Assembly: GCF_001194135.2 (NCBI RefSeq)
Contig: NC_069000.1
Span: forward strand, 29,846,214 to 29,910,213
Length of the DNA stretch: 64,000 nucleotides
Reading direction: 5' to 3'
Source: Octopus bimaculoides
Taxonomy: Eukaryota
Made by a program: the position numbers and the translations under genes. The number at the start of each line of letters is the position of its first letter. Positions within the stretch are counted from its first letter, which is position 1. Below the pieces are notes generated by a model. It searched no databases. It saw nothing but the letters and a program-made list of their open reading frames with translations, and was not told the origin of the DNA. This document shows positions 61,501 through 64,000 of this stretch, in pieces.

Positions 61501-63035
61501 GTGGAAAATGAACTCCCAAGTACAAATCATAAAAGATTGCGATGTCTAGCATTTATCTTTGTTGCTAGTGTTTCTCTTATTGTCGGGGATAACTACTATA
61601 GAAGGAAACTGTTTCATTAGGAAAATATCATTCCAATTTGCTTGGTGATTGAACAGATGAAGTAAAGTTTGCATGTTGCCAACCATGTCAATTAGTACCA
61701 TTGTTTTGAAGCATTTCTGTTTGCCATATCACAACTAAGATAACAAAAACCTGTAACAATAGGAAGCTGGGCTCCAGAGATGTTACATAAGACTCTGGAA
61801 TTTAGGTTATCTTTGTTCTTTTTTTTAATTCATTGAATTTTTTTTAGACTTACATTTACAGATTTAATTCCAAAATATGTCAGTTATTTTTGAGTGGTCA
61901 AAGGTTATCACTTATAAATGCAGTATAGTCAATAAAGACTAAATATAAGAAGTTTTAGAGGAAGAGACCTGCTAGTTTACCTTCTCTTAATCATATATCC
62001 ATCATCATCTTGCAGAAATAAACAAAAGTACCAGTTAAATACTCGTGTCAATATAATTGACTATACCATCTGTAGCTGTGTGCATGTGGTATAAATCATT
62101 TTTTTTACTAGGTCTTTACCTGTCACTATGCTGCCAATAAAAATATTTGTTAATCAAGCATGTATCTTTTAATTGTAGACTGTTATATAGCGAAAGTCTC
62201 ATTAGTTACCATGGGGACAACACTACCTATCTATCTTTCTTTCACATACACTCAGCAACAACTTTTTCTCCTCCCCTTGTTCTAACAATACATTGTGATG
62301 TATATTTTGATTCTTCCCCTTTTTTCCTCTCCCTCTAATAGGAGTTGTGACAGACAGACAGCTGGAGATCTGCTTCTCTTTTATAATATAAGATTATTAT
62401 AGTAGTTAGCTGGCAGAAATAGAGACACACCACCACAGACTCTTGTTGTAGACGGTAGACAACAGGTGTGAGTTCTGCAATTTCTTACTGAACAACCAGC
62501 ACAAAGGATTATTTACAGCGATCAAATGCTGGTGCTGTGCATTAGCTCATTCCCTGTCCCCACCAACTCAACATTGCTTGTACACACACATCAACTGTTG
62601 AAGTGATTGTAGAGTGATGTGAGATGAAGTGTTTGGCTCAAGAACACAATGCACTACCTGCTCCAGGAATCGAACTATGATCTTGTGAACACGAGTGCAA
62701 CACCCTAACTACTAGGGCCACATACCCTCACTAACTCACAAGATATATTATAGTATTAGATGCATAATAGTATTATATTCATTCTATTACATTTCAAATT
62801 CAAATCCCAAATCCCATTTTTTATCCATTTCATAAAATAATCACTGGTAAAATACTGGGGTTAGATTTAAACTACACCCCTTCCCATAAAAGAAAAAAAA
62901 AGCTGCCTAATAAATGAATTATCATCATCACTGTCAGCATCAACATTAGGAAATAGTAAGCACCTACCTGCCAGCAAGATCCACAAGATGGACTTTACTA
63001 ACAATCTCACTTGGTAAATCATCTTCCAACCTTGC
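10047..63035 (-). CDS. STARD9: Kinesin-3 family STARD9/KIF16A-like gene, 5'-partial (motor C-half, neck, FHA, coiled coils, giant disordered exon); 22 exons reconstructed, ~3050 aa
   Basis: Manual exon chain with GT-AG boundaries and consistent phases: 62968-63035, 60571-60677, 57028-57222, 52409-52506, 49786-49863, 48498-48527, 43190-43261, 42936-42995, 39285-39422, 36330-36381, 34964-35101, 34654-34736, 33119-33225, 31335-31385, 27472-27692, 24479-25346, 22411-22484, 21775-21794, 15127-21617, 13697-13748, 12664-12740, 10047-10119 (9153 nt, divisible by 3). Kinesin motifs plus FHA indicate kinesin-3. The loop-12 insert, the [26 protein letters not shown] linker and the giant exon fit STARD9 better than KIF16B/KIF1/KIF13 (comparison from memory, no alignment run). 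Confidence 0.82.
10692..11893 (+). mobile_element. Helentron/DINE-1-like non-autonomous element with a nested LINE-tail insertion (10882-11073) and an N-gap
   Basis: 5' ACTAGCAGAGGCACCCGGCGTTGCTCAGG start, internal microsatellites, 3' ...tatatatatagtatagat end. Confidence 0.55.
12091..12279. mobile_element. Tc1/mariner-like MITE (TA-CAGGGTGGGCCAAAA TIR); sister copies 51598-51798 and ~55084-55209
   Basis: tacaaggtgggccaaa / ttttggcccatcctgta; shared interior aatgatgaata...aaatgtcaaatgttttggtgc. Confidence 0.8.
12664..12740 (-). CDS. STARD9: Candidate tail exon: [25 protein letters not shown]
   Basis: ttcaacacacag acceptor, CAG/gtaact donor; phase-compatible with previous exon. Confidence 0.62.
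13198..13560 (+). mobile_element. tRNA-derived SINE, family C (related reverse copies at ~21940-22270 and ~62550-62720)
   Basis: A-box-like tggcttagtggttagag, B-box-like gagtttgattc, core gtgtccttaaacaagacact. Confidence 0.75.
13697..13748 (-). CDS. STARD9: Candidate tail exon: (R)[17 protein letters not shown]
   Basis: ttacttccag acceptor, CAG/gtaagg donor; phase 2 in, phase 0 out. Confidence 0.62.
15127..21628 (-). CDS. STARD9: Giant ~6.5 kb exon encoding ~2165 aa of Ser/Pro/Asn-rich, probably disordered tail
   Basis: 2187-aa stop-free ORF 15123-21686. Its 5' end overlaps a pyrimidine tract (acceptors at 21628 or 21617) and its stop is part of an AG/gtaagt donor at 15126. Confidence 0.93.
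21775..21794 (-). CDS. STARD9: Candidate 20-nt microexon (ADQVTNK or CRSSDQQ depending on upstream exon)
   Basis: ctatttctag(cag) NAGNAG acceptor, AAG/gtaact donor. Confidence 0.5.
22411..22484 (-). CDS. STARD9: Candidate exon: (C)[24 protein letters not shown]
   Basis: Long T-rich tract ending tcttttag, AAG/gtcagt donor; open in the expected phase. Confidence 0.7.
22727..23100 (+). mobile_element. tRNA-derived SINE, family A
   Basis: Same head, core and tail as 1664-2022. Confidence 0.82.
24479..25346 (-). CDS. STARD9: 868-nt exon: coiled coil (LQELQKAW...LEQLIEEV) then Ser/Lys-rich segment
   Basis: ORF 24475-25269 extends to the cttgttacag acceptor at 25346; TG/gtgagt donor. Confidence 0.9.
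26016..27171 (-). repeat. Head-to-tail array of five family B SINE copies (~220-230 bp) separated by short (AAT)n
   Basis: Units at about 26016-26232, 26268-26490, 26492-26713, 26715-26940, 26941-27171, each with aaaggatgaaaggcaaagt...gaatttgaactca...ttctgccagct. Confidence 0.9.
27472..27692 (-). CDS. STARD9: Coiled-coil exon: (R)[26 protein letters not shown]...KQDKGTDT
   Basis: ORF 27461-27703; tatttcag acceptor, C/gtgagt donor; heptad-like Q/K/E/L composition. Confidence 0.88.
28931..30478 (+). mobile_element. 5'-truncated RTE-type non-LTR retrotransposon (RT C-half, PHD-like insert, 3' UTR minisatellite, (GAT)n tail)
   Basis: [11 protein letters not shown] (degenerate YADD), [38 protein letters not shown]; in-frame stop at 29188 and frameshift near 29345; ends ...gacgctaaactgtgatgatgat. 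Confidence 0.9.
31335..31385 (-). CDS. STARD9: Stalk exon: (S)[16 protein letters not shown]
   Basis: gtttttacag acceptor, AG/gtaatc donor; phase 2/2. Confidence 0.75.
32132..32830. repeat. Palindromic element with ~95-bp inverted arms, split at its centre by a LINE-tail insertion
   Basis: 32132-32227 vs reverse complement of 32737-32830; arms carry YTTACARCYGTTTC. Confidence 0.85.
32262..32714 (-). mobile_element. 3' UTR-only copy of the RTE-type LINE with GACATCA target-site duplication
   Basis: (CAT)n tail at left, ~65-bp internal repeats; gacatca at 32255-32261 and 32715-32721. Confidence 0.85.
33119..33225 (-). CDS. STARD9: Stalk exon: [35 protein letters not shown]
   Basis: tatttgtag acceptor, AG/gtaggt donor; open frame, phase-compatible. 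Confidence 0.78.
33605..33811 (-). mobile_element. Family B SINE
   Basis: tacatcgaccc...ttatcgaccc...gaatttgaactcagaacgtaacg...ctcgccgcctt. Confidence 0.85.
34654..34736 (-). CDS. STARD9: FHA end exon: (G)[27 protein letters not shown]
   Basis: ctatttcag acceptor, AAG/gtattg donor; FRFNxPxEA motif. Confidence 0.95.
34964..35101 (-). CDS. STARD9: FHA exon: (V)[45 protein letters not shown]
   Basis: ttttcag acceptor, G/gtaatt donor; EHC and NG FHA motifs. Confidence 0.95.
36330..36381 (-). CDS. STARD9: FHA exon: [17 protein letters not shown]
   Basis: tttgctcaccag acceptor, G/gtaagt donor; EG.T.IG....QDI. Confidence 0.93.
36637..36806. repeat. (TG)n(AG)n microsatellite spanning a 24-N gap
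   Basis: Direct reading. Confidence 0.95.
37343..38135 (+). mobile_element. SINE family A interrupted by an N-gap and a CpG-rich insert (probable LINE 3' end, 37650-37900)
   Basis: Head at 37343-37500, tail at 37920-38135; insert ends gtcttcctcggccacgagtggacggccatcatgc. Confidence 0.7.
38223..38301 (-). ncRNA. Type I hammerhead-ribozyme-like motif (Penelope-type, minimal palindromic helix III)
   Basis: GCU-CUGAUGA-AA-CUAUAAGGUGC...GCAUCUUAUAG-CA-GAAAC-AGCU-GUA/AGC; base of helix II non-canonical (A.A, A.C). Confidence 0.55.
39285..39422 (-). CDS. STARD9: Pre-FHA exon: [46 protein letters not shown]
   Basis: aatttcag acceptor, AAG/gtttgt donor; PHL...DDD.L.TG..LY.LK kinesin-3 FHA lead-in. 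Confidence 0.94.
39577..39786. mobile_element. piggyBac-like MITE with TTAA duplication (related copies ~2835-3008, ~9411-9608, ~40893-41121)
   Basis: TTAAtcctttt...gaagggTTAA; removing it restores the host repeat ctatgattaaaggcattccagc. Confidence 0.78.
39829..40448. mobile_element. 620-bp non-autonomous TIR element
   Basis: 26-bp TIR atcttttcagttactgtcacagattt / aaatctgtggcagtaactgaaaagat (1 mismatch). Confidence 0.8.
40643..40852 (-). mobile_element. Young family B SINE with 18-bp target-site duplication
   Basis: tttttaagggtatgtatt at 40625-40642 and 40853-40870; CpG-rich body (cgacctcggcggaatttgaactcagaacg). Confidence 0.9.
41605..41817. repeat. Compound (TA)n/(TACA)n microsatellite
   Basis: Direct reading. 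Confidence 0.95.
41820..42695 (+). mobile_element. Shorter 5'-truncated copy of the same RTE-type LINE
   Basis: ORF 41843-42193 ([17 protein letters not shown]...RWYGHI...GRERPRKTW), same 3' UTR and (GAT)n tail; preceded by a TA/TACA microsatellite. Confidence 0.88.
42936..42995 (-). CDS. STARD9: CC1 exon: [20 protein letters not shown]
   Basis: tatattccag acceptor, gtcagt donor; LTxxWxxKW kinesin-3 motif. Confidence 0.9.
43190..43261 (-). CDS. STARD9: CC1 exon: [24 protein letters not shown]
   Basis: ctattgcag acceptor, gtaagt donor, phase 0/0; position fits kinesin-3 CC1. Confidence 0.82.
43600..44740 (-). mobile_element. Degenerate non-LTR retrotransposon 3' part with restriction-like endonuclease (R4/Dong-like)
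   Basis: Broken minus-strand translations [28 protein letters not shown] (after the CCHC region), [17 protein letters not shown] (RLE C-terminal motif); many stops. Confidence 0.6.
44768..44933 (+). mobile_element. Young SINE family A 5' half with Pol III B-box-like GGTTCAGTCCC
   Basis: CpGs intact (ggcgcagg, ccggg, ctgcgtgg, cctcgggccgacc), flanked by (TA)n. Confidence 0.85.
45631..46117. mobile_element. ~490-bp element with 48-bp terminal inverted repeats enclosing a hammerhead-like motif
   Basis: 45631-45678 vs reverse complement of 46070-46117: 3 mismatches in 48. Confidence 0.8.
45822..45965 (-). ncRNA. Type I hammerhead-ribozyme-like motif with long helix II loop
   Basis: CUCU-CUGAUGA-A-GCUUUGGGG...CCCCAUAGU-A-GAAAC-AGCU-GUA/AGAG. 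Confidence 0.55.
48498..48527 (-). CDS. STARD9: Candidate 30-nt microexon: [10 protein letters not shown]
   Basis: Strong pyrimidine tract tttttcttcctccag, gtgagt donor, frame-preserving phase 0/0. Confidence 0.6.
48640..49700 (-). repeat. Cluster of partial family B SINE copies inserted at (AAT)n/(CAT)n tracts
   Basis: Repeated aataataat(gg)tttcta.c...aaggccagaa starts near 48650, 49010, 49205, 49425, 49640. Confidence 0.7.
49786..49863 (-). CDS. STARD9: Neck coil exon: [26 protein letters not shown]
   Basis: tctttacag acceptor, ACG/gtgagt donor; LIxELRxEI kinesin-3 neck coil. Confidence 0.93.
50381..51071. mobile_element. hAT-like MITE
   Basis: TIR CAGTGGCGGCTTGT / ACGAGCTGCCACTG (12/14); 8-bp TSD degenerate. 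Confidence 0.6.
52409..52506 (-). CDS. STARD9: Motor end/neck linker exon: (T)[32 protein letters not shown]
   Basis: cttccaacag acceptor, GAG/gtaagt donor; ETxSTLRYxxRAKxIxNKPxxNE kinesin-3 motif. Confidence 0.96.
52599..53099. other. Assembly gap (~500 N); other gaps near 11074-11290, 36722-36745, 37601-37655, 46373-46382, 48146-48207
   Basis: N runs, mostly flanked by microsatellites. Confidence 0.98.
55491..55520 (+). ncRNA. Degenerate Penelope-type hammerhead relic
   Basis: CUGAUGA-A-GAGC-UAU-GCUC-AAAAU: perfect helix II but G12 replaced by A. Confidence 0.4.
57028..57222 (-). CDS. STARD9: Kinesin motor exon: Ser-rich loop-12 insert followed by [27 protein letters not shown]
   Basis: ORF 56942-57433; atgtccag acceptor, A/gtaagc donor; phases match neighbours. 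Confidence 0.96.
57771..57915 (+). mobile_element. Diverged SINE family A 5' half
   Basis: caactacatggttttggt..accttgggtaagt..actatagcc..ggcagatgaaa. Confidence 0.65.
58174..58473. repeat. 300-bp fold-back (near-palindromic) element
   Basis: Outer ~44-bp arms (3 mismatches) and inner ~38-bp arms (1 indel) around an 8-nt loop. Confidence 0.9.
58727..58869. repeat. 143-bp hairpin/palindrome
   Basis: gaatatcgagactggtatatcttcaaatttttctttaat... pairs with ...attaaagaaaaatttgaagatgtatcagtctccatattc. Confidence 0.9.
59770..59915 (-). mobile_element. Diverged SINE family A 5' half, reverse orientation
   Basis: ctttcagtttctgtctacaaattccactc...gactgaacccaaaac...aaccacatgg. Confidence 0.65.
60571..60677 (-). 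CDS. STARD9: Kinesin motor exon: (S)[35 protein letters not shown], helix alpha4
   Basis: tttttcag acceptor, G/gtaagg donor; completes AGSER with the previous exon; EGANINKSL motif. Confidence 0.96.
62968..63035 (-). CDS. STARD9: Kinesin motor exon: [22 protein letters not shown](S), switch II
   Basis: ttttctttcag acceptor, CAG/gtaggt donor; SKxHLVDLAGS is the kinesin switch II signature. Confidence 0.95.
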
Positions 63036-63064
63036 CTGAAAGAAAACAATAATATTAATGATAA

Positions 63065-63280
63065 TAATGGTTTCACCTTTTGGTACAAAGCCAGTAGCAT
63101 CGGGGAAGGGGTTAAGGTGATTACATTGAACTTAGTGTTCAACTGGAACCTATTTTATCAACCCTGAAAGGATGAAAGGCAAAGTCAACCTCAACAGAAT
63201 TTAAACTCAAAATGTAAAGACAGATGAAATGTTGCTAAGCATTTTGCTCAGCATCCTAACAATTCTGCCAGCTTGACTCC

Positions 63281-63351
<71 letters not shown>

Positions 63352-63485
63352 CGCTTCTACTAAAGGAACAAGACCTGAAATTTTGGGGAAGGGGACTAGT
63401 TAATTACACTGACCCCAGTGTTTCACTGGTACTTAATTTATCGACCCCTGAAAGGATGAAAGGCAAAGTTGACCTCAGTGGAATT
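63065..63485 (-). repeat. Two family B SINE copies separated by (AAT)n (63283-63350)
   Basis: Duplicated accc(c)tgaaaggatgaaaggcaaagt; long AAT tract. Confidence 0.85.
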
Positions 63486-64000
63486 CAAATTGCTGAGAGG
63501 AATTCTTCGGGATTTGAGTAATTCACCTCTAGAAACATGGGCGTTTTGTTCAACATCCTTTAAACAACCCTTATTCAGGGATTTTTTGAGTGGGATGGGT
63601 TACTCGACCTGAAGAAAATTCCAACTGGGCCCCACTTGCAAGGTCATGTGCTGGTTATCTTGATATGAGAAAACTATGTCAGGTACATATGATTATGAAG
63701 CATGTGCCTGGTGTACCTTTATCAGACGGGTAGTGTTATATGGACTGTTAGATATGTAATTCGTCTGACGTTCCGTGTGTCATGTGGTTCGTCTGAGTTC
63801 ATTGTTTCATTGTTGTTGTCTTGTGGGACTGTCGTAGTAAAATGTCATTGATATATATATGGCGGACATGACTTTTGTTTATTCATAACGAACATTGGGT
63901 GAGTGCGTTCTTTGTATGTAATTGAACAATAAATGTAATAATTAAATTGTATAACTCGTTATGTTATCTCTACGAGTCACCCGAGGGAAACATAACAGGT

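Overview
AT-rich, repeat-dense metazoan DNA with N-gaps. The SINE/LINE/MITE inventory looks like an octopod cephalopod (Octopus sp.; inferred from repeat style, not verified). Most of the window (10047-63035, minus strand) is a spliced kinesin-3 gene most similar to STARD9/KIF16A. I reconstructed 22 phase-compatible GT-AG exons (~3050 aa). They cover the C-terminal motor half ([18 protein letters not shown], Ser-rich loop-12 insert, [20 protein letters not shown]), neck coil, FHA domain, coiled coils and a ~6.5 kb disordered giant exon. The motor N-terminus lies beyond the right edge and no START domain was found. A convergent plus-strand gene probably contributes only its last exon (2075-2197, PPxY motif). 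Non-exonic DNA holds a dead mariner, 5'-truncated RTE-type LINEs (one with a PHD-like insert), an R4/Dong-like relic, tRNA-type SINE families (one 5-copy tandem array), piggyBac/Tc1/hAT-like MITEs, a Helentron-like element and long fold-back hairpins. The most interesting signal is two intronic, sense-strand, Penelope-type type I hammerhead-ribozyme-like motifs with covarying helices (38223-38301, 45822-45965), inside a family of inverted-repeat elements.
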